DNA of 64,000 nucleotides from Escherichia coli (GTDB lineage Bacteria; Pseudomonadota; Gammaproteobacteria; Enterobacterales; Enterobacteriaceae): NCBI RefSeq assembly GCF_013315695.1, contig NZ_CP054353.1; one strand, 5' to 3'. Shown piece by piece: positions 55,409 to 64,000 of this stretch (position 1 is its first letter; each line of letters starts with the position of its first letter). The notes under the pieces were generated by a model. It saw only the letters and a program-made list of their open reading frames with translations, ran no database searches and was not told where the DNA came from. The position numbers and the translations under genes were made by a program.

Positions 55409-56820
55409 TGCGCGCTCCTTTTTCGCCGCGAAATAGCGACATTTTGATGCGTATCGTTCGGCACTCTGGCAAAGATGAACGCCGGAAGGGCGATGATAAA
55501 CGCCATGCTAAGCCAGGTGTACATAAAGACGGTTTGTGTGGTGCCGCTGTCGACGCTGACATGCTGTGAACCAAAAAGTCCCAGCAACAGCCCGGCGATA
55601 GTGACGCCGATACTCATCGACAATTGCATAATCATCGACAGCAGGCTGTTTCCGCTGCTCGCCAGATTGTCCGGGAGATCTTTCAGCGTCAGGGTGTTCA
55701 TAGAGGAGAAACGCGTCGAGTTGACCATCCCTTGTAAAAACAGGACGAACGGCAAAACGTAGTACCAGCCCAGCAGAGCGGTAGTCATAAACAGCAGGGT
55801 GACCAGCGACAGGCCCAGCGTGGTCGCCACCAGTACCCGACGGTAGCCAAAGCGATTCACCACCTGCACTACAATTCGCTTCATTCCCATGCTGCCGAGC
55901 ACCATCGGGATCATCATCAGTCCGGCATGGAACGGCGAGAAACCGAGGCCAATCTGTAAGAAAACCGGTGTCATAAAGGGCAACATGCCGCTACCGATAC
56001 GTCCGGCAAAACTCCCCGCCAGACCCAGCGAAAAGGTACGAGTACGGAACAGTTTCAGACTGAACAGGGCGCGGTTGTTATTTCTGGCGTGCAGCAGATA
56101 AAGCACCAGTGCCACCACGCCAACTGCGACCAGGCCAGCAATCGCCAGCGGCGATAAACCTGTACCTTTACTGCCGTCCAGCGCCAGGGTTAATACCGCC
56201 ATGCCAACCGCCAGCAATAAAAAGCCGGAGAGATCAAAGCGCCGCGTCTGCATGGTGTAGTTCGGCATTAACATCAGTGTGGCGATCGCACCGATAATCC
56301 CCACCGGAATGTTGATCAAAAAGATCCAGTGCCAGGAGGCGTACTCCACCAGCAGGCCGCCGAGCGCCGGACCGAGCAGCGGCCCGACCTGACCGGGTAA
56401 CGTGACAAAGGTCATCGCCGCCATATATTGCTCGCGCGGTACGATTTTCATCACCGTCAACCTGCCGACCGGCACCATCATCGCACCGCCAACGCCCTGT
56501 AACGCGCGTGCCAGCAACAGTTCGTTCAGCGTGCCGGAAAGTGCGCAAAATAGTGAACCGAGAGTAAACAGCACGATGGCGGTAAAGAAAATATTGCGCA
56601 CGCCGACTTTGTCCGCCAGCCAGCCGCTGGCGGGCAGCATCACCGCCACGGTCAGCACATAAGAGACAATGACCATGTGCATATGCAACGGACTTTCCCC
56701 GAGGCTTTGCGCCATTGAGGGAAGGGCGGTGTTTACGATGGTGGTGTCCAGCGACTGCATAAAGAAGCCGAAAGCCACAATCCACAATTGCCAGCGGGTG
56801 CTGTCGGGAAGATCTGTCAT
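55405..56820 (-). CDS. mdtD: MFS transporter MdtD
   Basis: 471-aa 14-TM-type ORF in the mdt operon. Confidence 0.9.
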
Positions 56821-59800
56821 TTACTCGGTTACCGCTTGTTTAGGTTTACGCGAAAAACGCAGCCGCAGACGGTCGAAAAAGAGATACACCACCGGCGTGG
56901 TATACAGCGTCAGAAGCTGGCTCATGACCAGACCGCCGACAATGGTGATCCCCAATGGTTGCCGCAACTCCGAGCCGTCACCGCCCGACAATACCAGCGG
57001 CAGCGCACCAAACAGCGCCGCCAGGGTAGTCATCATAATCGGGCGAAAACGCAGCAGACAGGCCTGGAAAATAGCTTCCTGCGGCGTGAGGTTACCGTGC
57101 CGTTGGGCTTCAAGCGCAAAATCGACCATCATAATGGCGTTTTTCTTCACGATGCCGATTAATAGCATGATCCCTATCAGGGCGATTAGGCTGAACGGGG
57201 CATTGAACAGCTCCAGCGCCAACAGCGCTCCAACGCCCGCCGAGGGCAGGGTGGAGAGAATCGTCAGCGGATGTACGTAACTCTCGTAAAGGATACCCAG
57301 CACGATATACACCGTGGCGATGGCGGCGATAATCAGGATCACCTGCGAGTTCATCGTCTCCTGGAACACCTGCGCCGTGCCGGCAAAACTACCGCGCACC
57401 GTCGAAGGCACACCAAGCTGGGTCATTGCGCGATCGATCGCCGCACTGGCGTCCGAGAGCGATTTCCCGGTCGGCAGGTTGAACGAGATGGTCGAGGCCG
57501 CCGATAATCCCTGATGATTCACCGATAGTGGGGCATTCGCCGGTTGCCATTTAGCGAAATACGACAGCGGGATCGCTTTTCCTTCGTTATTGATAACGAA
57601 CATTTTTTCCAGCGCACTGATGTCCTGGGTATAGCGCGGATCCACTTCCATCACCACTTTATACTGGTTCATCGGCTGGTAAATGGTCGAGATTTGCCGC
57701 TGACCGAAGGCGTTATTTAACAGGCTGTTGGCGGCCTGCACGTCGATTCCCAGCCGTGCCATGGTGTCGCGGTCGTAAACCAGATTCATTTCCGCGCCGT
57801 TATCCTGCTGGTCGGAGTTCACGTCCGCCAGTTCCGGCAATGTCGCCAGTTTTTTGCGGATTTTCGGCTCCCATTCGCGCAGTGCCGCCAGGTCGTCGGA
57901 TAACAACGTGTACTGATAGCTGGCGTTCGACTGACGTCCGCCAACGCGAATATCCTGCACTGCCATCAGGAACAGATTCGCCCCCGGTTCTTTCGCCAGC
58001 TTCACCCGCAAACGGTCGATAATTTGCTGCGCCGTTTCGCTGCGTTCGTCGCGTGGCTTGAGGGTGATAAACATCATCCCGCTGTTCACTCGCGAACCGC
58101 CGGTAAAGCCGGTGACATTATCCACCGCCGGATCGTCACGGATAATTTTCATGAAATCCTGCAACTTACCGCGCATCGCCTGAAACGAAATACTCTGATC
58201 CGCCTGTATCCCGCCCATCAACACGCCGGTGTCCTGCTCCGGAAAGAAGGTTTTCGGGATCGAGATATACAGCCAGATATTCAGCGCAATGGTGCCAAGC
58301 AGCACCACACCCACCAGACGGGTATGATTGAGCACCCATTTCAGCGACTTGCCGTAGCCTTGTTGCAGAGCAACCAACATGCGACCAAATCCACGCAGTC
58401 GCTTTTGCTCGCGCGGCTTGCTGGCTTTTAGCATCCAGCCGCACATCATTGGCGTTAGCGTCAGGGAAACCAGCAACGAAATACCAATGGCGACAGAAAG
58501 CGTCACGGCAAACTCGCGTAACAGGCGGCCCGGCAATCCGCCCATCAACAGCAGCGGCAGGAACACCGCCACCAGTGACAGACTCATTGATAGCACCGTA
58601 AAGCCGACTTCACGGGTGCCTTGCAGTGCGGCCTGTAGCGGTTTCATCCCCGCTTCCAGATGACGGGCAATGTTTTCCAGCACCACGATGGCGTCATCCA
58701 CCACAAAGCCAGTGGCGATGGTGAGCGCCATTAACGAAATATTATTGAGACTGAAACCACACAGGTACATCGCCGCAAACGTACCAATCAGCGAAACCGG
58801 CACCGCAACGGCGGGAATAATGGTGGCGCGACCCGAACGCAGGAATAAAAACACCACCAGAATCACCAGCGCCACCGAGATAATCAGCGTCTGCTCAACC
58901 TCTTCCAGCGACGCGCGGATAGTAGGGGAGCGATCCTGGGCAATTTGCAGATCAATCGCCGCCGGAATGGTCTCCTGCAACTCCGGTAATTTTGCTCGGA
59001 TGCTGTCTACCGTCTGGATAATATTGGCTTCCGGCAGCTTGCGGATCATCAGCAAAATGGCCGGTTTGGCGTTGGTCATCCCGGCGTTACGTACATCTTG
59101 TACAGAGTCGGTCACCGTCGCCACATCGCCCAGACGAACCGCTCCGCCGTTGTTGTAATGAATAATCAGCGGCTGATATTCAGCGGCAGTTTTCAGTTCG
59201 TCATTGGTCTGGATCTGCCAGCGGTGGGTGCCATCTTCCAGTGCGCCCTGCGGTTTACGCACGTTGGCATTGCTGATGGCAGTGCGTACGTCGTCCAGCG
59301 AGACGCCCTGATTAAACAGCGCCTGCGGATTCAGCCCGACGCGTACGGCGGGCAGCGAGCTGCCGCCAACATCGACATCACCGACACCGTCGATTTGCGA
59401 AATCGTCGGAGCCAGCTGCGTCGAGGCGAAATCGTACAGTTCACCCTGCGAATAAGTATCGGATGTCAGCGTGAGGATCATAATTGGCGCATCCGACGGG
59501 TTCGCTTTGCGATAGGTCGGACGGCTGGGCATCCCGCTGGGTAGCAGACTTTGCGCGGCGTTGATCGCCGCCTGCACATCGCGCGCTGCGCCGTTGATAT
59601 CCCGGTCAAAATCAAACTGCAAAATAATGCGCGTGCTGCCGAGCGAACTGCTGGAGGTCATTTCGCTGACTCCGGCAATGCGCCCAAGTGAGCGCTCCAG
59701 CGGCGTGGCAACGGAAGACGCCATTGTTTCTGGTGACGCACCGGGCAGCGAGGCGCTGACCATGATCACCGGAAAATCGACCTGCGGCAGCGGGGCGACT

Positions 59801-59898
59801 GGCAGCATACGGAAACCCAGTATGCCGCACAGGGTAATGGCGACCGACAGTAAAATCGTCGCCACCGGGCGGTAAATGAAGAGGGCAAAAAACTTCAC
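56821..59898 (-). CDS. mdtC: RND multidrug efflux pump subunit MdtC
   Basis: 1025-aa RND permease ORF. Confidence 0.95.
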   Translation of the reverse strand: MKFFALFIYRPVATILLSVAITLCGILGFRMLPVAPLPQVDFPVIMVSASLPGASPETMASSVATPLERSLGRIAGVSEMTSSSSLGSTRIILQFDFDRDINGAARDVQAAINAAQSLLPSGMPSRPTYRKANPSDAPIMILTLTSDTYSQGELYDFASTQLAPTISQIDGVGDVDVGGSSLPAVRVGLNPQALFNQGVSLDDVRTAISNANVRKPQGALEDGTHRWQIQTNDELKTAAEYQPLIIHYNNGGAVRLGDVATVTDSVQDVRNAGMTNAKPAILLMIRKLPEANIIQTVDSIRAKLPELQETIPAAIDLQIAQDRSPTIRASLEEVEQTLIISVALVILVVFLFLRSGRATIIPAVAVPVSLIGTFAAMYLCGFSLNNISLMALTIATGFVVDDAIVVLENIARHLEAGMKPLQAALQGTREVGFTVLSMSLSLVAVFLPLLLMGGLPGRLLREFAVTLSVAIGISLLVSLTLTPMMCGWMLKASKPREQKRLRGFGRMLVALQQGYGKSLKWVLNHTRLVGVVLLGTIALNIWLYISIPKTFFPEQDTGVLMGGIQADQSISFQAMRGKLQDFMKIIRDDPAVDNVTGFTGGSRVNSGMMFITLKPRDERSETAQQIIDRLRVKLAKEPGANLFLMAVQDIRVGGRQSNASYQYTLLSDDLAALREWEPKIRKKLATLPELADVNSDQQDNGAEMNLVYDRDTMARLGIDVQAANSLLNNAFGQRQISTIYQPMNQYKVVMEVDPRYTQDISALEKMFVINNEGKAIPLSYFAKWQPANAPLSVNHQGLSAASTISFNLPTGKSLSDASAAIDRAMTQLGVPSTVRGSFAGTAQVFQETMNSQVILIIAAIATVYIVLGILYESYVHPLTILSTLPSAGVGALLALELFNAPFSLIALIGIMLLIGIVKKNAIMMVDFALEAQRHGNLTPQEAIFQACLLRFRPIMMTTLAALFGALPLVLSGGDGSELRQPLGITIVGGLVMSQLLTLYTTPVVYLFFDRLRLRFSRKPKQAVTE

Positions 59899-62800
59899 TT
59901 ACGCCTCCTCTTCATGACGGGCAAAGCGGCTTTTGGTCCACAATGCCAGGCGGTCGAATAGCAGATAAATCACCGGCGTGGTAAACAGCGTCAGCACCTG
60001 GCTGACAATCAGACCGCCGACCATGCCGATACCTAACGGACGACGCAGTTCCGCGCCGACCCCGGTACTCAACATCAGCGGCAGCGCACCAAGCAGAGCC
60101 GCCAGAGTGGTCATCAGGATCGGACGAAAACGCAACAGACAAGCCTGGTAAATAGCTTCGCGCGGCGACATGCCTTGCTCGCGCTCAGCAGCCAGCGCGA
60201 AGTCGATCATCATGATGGCGTTCTTCTTCACGATACCGATCAGCAAAATAATGCCGATAATGGCAATCACATCCAGTTCGCTACCGGCAATCATTAACGC
60301 CAGCAGCGCGCCGACCCCTGCGGTGGGTAGCGTCGAGAGAATGGTGATCGGGTGAATAAAGCTCTCGTACAGAATGCCGAGCACGATATACATCGCCACC
60401 ACCGCCGCGACAATCAGCCAGACCGTGCTGCCCAGCGCCGACTGGAAGGCGAGGGTGCTGCCCTGGAACTGCGTGGTGATATCCACCGGCAGATTCAGCG
60501 TCTTTTCGGTGTCCATAATCGCTTGCACCGCATCGCCCAGCGAATAGTTATCCGGCACGTTAAAGGAGATGGTCGTTACCGGGAACTGATCCAGATGGTT
60601 GATGGAAAGCGGCGCAAAACGCTGCTCAATTTTGGCAATTGAGCTTAGCGGCACCACGCCGCCGTCGCTGCTGGTCAGGCGAATAGTATCCAGCGCCGCA
60701 AGCCCAGGAGTATTTTCGGTGTTGTGCTCCAGCACCACGCGATACTGGTTGGCCTGAGTATAAATAGTGGAAATCAGTCGCTGACCAAACGCGTTGTAAA
60801 GGGCGTTATCGACGTCCGCCATGCTGATCCCCAGACGGCTGGCGCTGTCGCGATCAACATTGACATACGCCACCAGCCCTTTGTCCTGCCAGTCGCTGGA
60901 GACATCAGAAAGCTGTGGCAGCTGCTGGAGTTTTTCCATCAACTGTGGCACCCAGGTACTGAGCGCATCCAGTGACGTGGCCTGCAAGGTAAACTGGTAC
61001 TGGGTGCGGCTGACCTGAGTATCAATAGTCAGGTCCTGCGTTGGTTGCAGGAAGAGATCGACGCCCGGCACTTTATCTACCGCCGTTTGCAGACGGGCGA
61101 TGACTTTTTGCACCCGGTCATCTCGTTCATCCAGTGGTTTGAGATTGATCTGTAAACGTGCACTGTTCAGCGACGGGTTAGTGCCATCAACGCCAACAAA
61201 TGAGGTCAAACTTTGCACTGCCGGATCCTGCAAAATCACGTCCGCGACCTGGCGTTGCCGCTGGGCCATATTGGCAAAGGAGCTGGATTGCGGTGCCTGC
61301 AAAGTGCCCTGAATAATGCCGTTGTCCTGCACCGGGAAGAAACCTTTCGGAATGAACACCCACAGCAGCACGCTAAGCAGCAGCGTGCTGAGCGCCACGC
61401 TTAAGGTCAGCCACGGATGATTCAGCACTTTCGCCAGTCCACGACCATAGGCGGCGATTATCCTGTCGAACATTTTCTCCGAGGCACGGGAGAAGCGGTT
61501 CTGTTTACGCAGTGACTCCTGGCTGAGCATCCGTGCGCACATCATCGGCGTCAGGGTCAGCGACACCACGGCTGAGATCAAAATCGCGACTGCCAGAGTA
61601 ATGGCAAATTCGCGGAACAGTCGCCCGACGATATCGCCCATAAATAGCAGTGGGATCAACACTGCAATCAGTGAGAAGGTCAGCGAGATAATGGTAAAGC
61701 CGATTTCACCCGCGCCTTTGAGCGCCGCCGCCAGCGGTTTTTCGCCTTTTTCGATATAGCGGGAAATGTTTTCGATCACCACGATGGCGTCATCGACCAC
61801 AAATCCGGTGGCGATAGTTAACGCCATCAGCGTCAGGTTATTGATTGAAAAATCGAGAAACACCATGACCGCGAAGGTGCCGATTAACGACAGCGGCACG
61901 GCGACGCCGGGAATGATGGTCGCCGGAATATTGCGCAAAAACAGGTAGATAATCATGACTACCAGCGCGATAGCCATCATCAATTCAAACTGAGTATCAT
62001 CGACGGATGCGCGAATATTGGTGGTACGGTCAGAAAGTACCGTCACCTTCACCGATTTCGGCAGACTCTCGGTGAGCTGTGGCAGCATCTGCCGGATGCT
62101 GTCGGCGGTGGAGATAATGTTAGCACCTGGCTGGCGCTGAACATTCATCACAATGGCCTGTTCTTTGTTCGCCCACGCGCCGAGCCAGCTGTTTTCTGCT
62201 CCTTGCTCTACGGTTGCGACATCGCCCAGACGAATCGGCGCGCCGTTCTGGTAGGCAATAATTAGCTGGCGATACTCTTCGGCGGATTGCATCTGGTCGT
62301 TCGCGGAAAGGGTGACCGCGCGGGAAGGGCCGTCGAGGCTACCTTTTGCCGAGTTAACGTTAGCGCCGGTAATGGCGGTGCGCACGGTTTCGCTGGTCAG
62401 GCCGAGGGCGGCAATCGCCTGAGCGTTAAGTTTGACGCGAACAGCCGGACGCTGACCGCCGGAAAGTGTCACCAGGCCGACGCCGGAAATCTGCGAGATT
62501 TTCTGCGCGACGCGGGTTTCCACCATATCTTCCACTTGCGTCATCGGCATGGCGGTTGAGGTGACAGCGAGCGTCATGATCGGCGGATCTGCCGGGTTCA
62601 CTTTGCTGTAAACCGGCGGGTTAGGCAGATCGCTCGGCAACAAGTTGGTCGCAGCGTTAATCGCGGCCTGCACTTCCTGCTCGGCGACATCGAGCGGTAA
62701 TGTTAGCTGGAACTGTAAGGTGATAACTGACGCACCGCCGGAACTTTGCGACGACATCTGTTTCAGGCCAGACATCTGCCCAAACTGGCGTTCAAGCGGC

Positions 62801-63021
62801 GCGGTAACGGCAGAGGTCATGACATCCGGGCTCGCACCTGGGTAGAGGGTAACCACCTGAATGGTCGGATAGTCCACTTCCGGCAGCGCCGAAACGGGCA
62901 GGGCTCGATAACCGATAATCCCGGCGAGTAAGATCGCCACCATCAGCAGCGTGGTGGCGACAGGACGCATAATAAACAGGCGCGACGGGCCGCCTGTGCT
63001 GCTCGGGGGTAACACCTGCAT
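59899..63021 (-). CDS. mdtB: RND multidrug efflux pump subunit MdtB
   Basis: 1040-aa RND permease ORF; paralog of MdtC. Confidence 0.95.
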   Translation of the reverse strand: MQVLPPSSTGGPSRLFIMRPVATTLLMVAILLAGIIGYRALPVSALPEVDYPTIQVVTLYPGASPDVMTSAVTAPLERQFGQMSGLKQMSSQSSGGASVITLQFQLTLPLDVAEQEVQAAINAATNLLPSDLPNPPVYSKVNPADPPIMTLAVTSTAMPMTQVEDMVETRVAQKISQISGVGLVTLSGGQRPAVRVKLNAQAIAALGLTSETVRTAITGANVNSAKGSLDGPSRAVTLSANDQMQSAEEYRQLIIAYQNGAPIRLGDVATVEQGAENSWLGAWANKEQAIVMNVQRQPGANIISTADSIRQMLPQLTESLPKSVKVTVLSDRTTNIRASVDDTQFELMMAIALVVMIIYLFLRNIPATIIPGVAVPLSLIGTFAVMVFLDFSINNLTLMALTIATGFVVDDAIVVIENISRYIEKGEKPLAAALKGAGEIGFTIISLTFSLIAVLIPLLFMGDIVGRLFREFAITLAVAILISAVVSLTLTPMMCARMLSQESLRKQNRFSRASEKMFDRIIAAYGRGLAKVLNHPWLTLSVALSTLLLSVLLWVFIPKGFFPVQDNGIIQGTLQAPQSSSFANMAQRQRQVADVILQDPAVQSLTSFVGVDGTNPSLNSARLQINLKPLDERDDRVQKVIARLQTAVDKVPGVDLFLQPTQDLTIDTQVSRTQYQFTLQATSLDALSTWVPQLMEKLQQLPQLSDVSSDWQDKGLVAYVNVDRDSASRLGISMADVDNALYNAFGQRLISTIYTQANQYRVVLEHNTENTPGLAALDTIRLTSSDGGVVPLSSIAKIEQRFAPLSINHLDQFPVTTISFNVPDNYSLGDAVQAIMDTEKTLNLPVDITTQFQGSTLAFQSALGSTVWLIVAAVVAMYIVLGILYESFIHPITILSTLPTAGVGALLALMIAGSELDVIAIIGIILLIGIVKKNAIMMIDFALAAEREQGMSPREAIYQACLLRFRPILMTTLAALLGALPLMLSTGVGAELRRPLGIGMVGGLIVSQVLTLFTTPVIYLLFDRLALWTKSRFARHEEEA

Positions 63022-64000
63022 CAGGAGCGTGCTCCTTTTTTCGCGTATTCGCGGCTGGTGGCTTTCTCTTCCGAAGTGGTGGCGCTCTGGGCTTCCACCA
63101 CTTCCACTTTCGCCCCTTCGGTCAGGCGATCAATTCCGTCCGTCACTACGCGGTCGCCCGCAGAAATACCTGCGCGGATCACCACTTTCTGACTGTCCTG
63201 AATGCCCGGTGTCACCAGATGTTTGCTGACTTTGTTTTCGCTATTCAGTACCCAGACAAAATGGCCTTCGTTGCCCATTTGCAGGGCGGCGGTGGGGATC
63301 ACCACGGCGTTTTGTTCGGTGTCGACTAACATGCGCGCGTTAACAAACTGATTGGGAAACAGCGCATCATCCTGATTATTAAAGCGAGCTTTCACTTTAA
63401 TCGTACCGGTAGTGGCATCGATTTGGTTATCGAGGCTTAACAGCGTGCCTTCGCTTAATTTCTTCGAGTTGGTGCGATCCCAGGCTTCTACCACCAGCGG
63501 TTTCCCGGCTTTTTGCGCCTGCACGACGGTAGCGATATCGCTTTCCGGCAGGGTAAAGAGCAAATCGATAGGATGCGTCTGGGTGATCACCACAATCCCG
63601 GTGGTATCACCACTGGAGATTTGGTTACCAACATCAACCTGCTTGAGACCAACGCGACCATCGACTGGTGCGGTGATGCGGCTCCAGTCGAGTTGCAGCT
63701 GTGCGCTGGCGACGCTTGCTTCATCAGCCTTAATGGTGCCTTCGGTTTCACTGACCAGCGCCTGTTGGGCATCCAGCTCCTGGCGGGAGACAAGATTGGT
63801 TTTTGCCAGTTGTTGATAACGCGCCAGGTCACGGCGGGCGTTGGCAAGCGTGGCTTTATCTTTTGCCAGTTGGCCCTGGGCTTGTGCTAATGCAACTTTG
63901 AACTGGCTGGGGTCAATTTCTGCCAGTAAATCGCCTGCTTTGACCTGCTGGCCTTCCAGGAAATGCAACGCCATCAGTTGACCGTCCACGCGGCTGCGCA
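63021..64000 (-). CDS. mdtA: Membrane fusion protein MdtA, 3' part (5' end beyond the window)
   Basis: Open minus-strand frame to the window edge; periplasmic adaptor features. Confidence 0.9.
   Translation of the reverse strand, partial: RSRVDGQLMALHFLEGQQVKAGDLLAEIDPSQFKVALAQAQGQLAKDKATLANARRDLARYQQLAKTNLVSRQELDAQQALVSETEGTIKADEASVASAQLQLDWSRITAPVDGRVGLKQVDVGNQISSGDTTGIVVITQTHPIDLLFTLPESDIATVVQAQKAGKPLVVEAWDRTNSKKLSEGTLLSLDNQIDATTGTIKVKARFNNQDDALFPNQFVNARMLVDTEQNAVVIPTAALQMGNEGHFVWVLNSENKVSKHLVTPGIQDSQKVVIRAGISAGDRVVTDGIDRLTEGAKVEVVEAQSATTSEEKATSREYAKKGARS

Noticed and set aside
56109-59544. Numerous plus-strand ORFs (60-200 aa) inside mdtD, mdtC and mdtB
   Set aside because: Antisense to large conserved transporter genes; typical open antisense frames in GC-rich coding sequence.

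Overview
This window is Escherichia coli / Shigella-type chromosome, reverse-oriented relative to the E. coli K-12 map as I recall it, running from a lambdoid prophage right arm through the yeh, thi, yeg and gat loci to baeSR-mdtDCBA. Positions 1-9850 hold the prophage end (tail genes L', K, I, J, lom, a side tail fiber, two small coupled ORFs and a dinI-like gene), which terminates at an attR junction inside mlrA (yehV), leaving only 22 native codons. The core backbone follows: btsSR, yehS, yehR, yehQ-P-M-L, metG, apbC, thiMD with its TPP riboswitch, yegXWVUT, fbaB, gatYZABCDR, yegS, yegR, cyaR, yegQ, a parDE-like toxin-antitoxin pair, yegP, baeRS and mdtDCBA (mdtA runs off the window). The backbone is heavily remodelled by insertion sequences: four apparently identical 768-bp IS1 copies and one 1426-bp IS4. 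Two IS1 copies and the IS4 have intact target-site duplications (yegT/fbaB intergenic, gatA::IS1, molR-like::IS4). The other two IS1 copies lack duplications and sit at apparent deletion scars (yehI truncated with yehK apparently reduced to a 3' remnant; yehE truncated with yehABCD and rcnRAB apparently absent). yehP appears frameshifted. I found no CRISPR array, rRNA or convincing tRNA. The most interesting candidates are an orphan 94-aa gene with a 22-bp perfect palindrome next to an IS1 deletion scar, the decaying WGR/MoxR/VWA/SWIM (molR-yehI-yehLMPQ) module, the prophage-end moron-like loci, and the parDE-like pair. All identities rest on reading the translations and on recalled reference knowledge; nothing was searched against a database.
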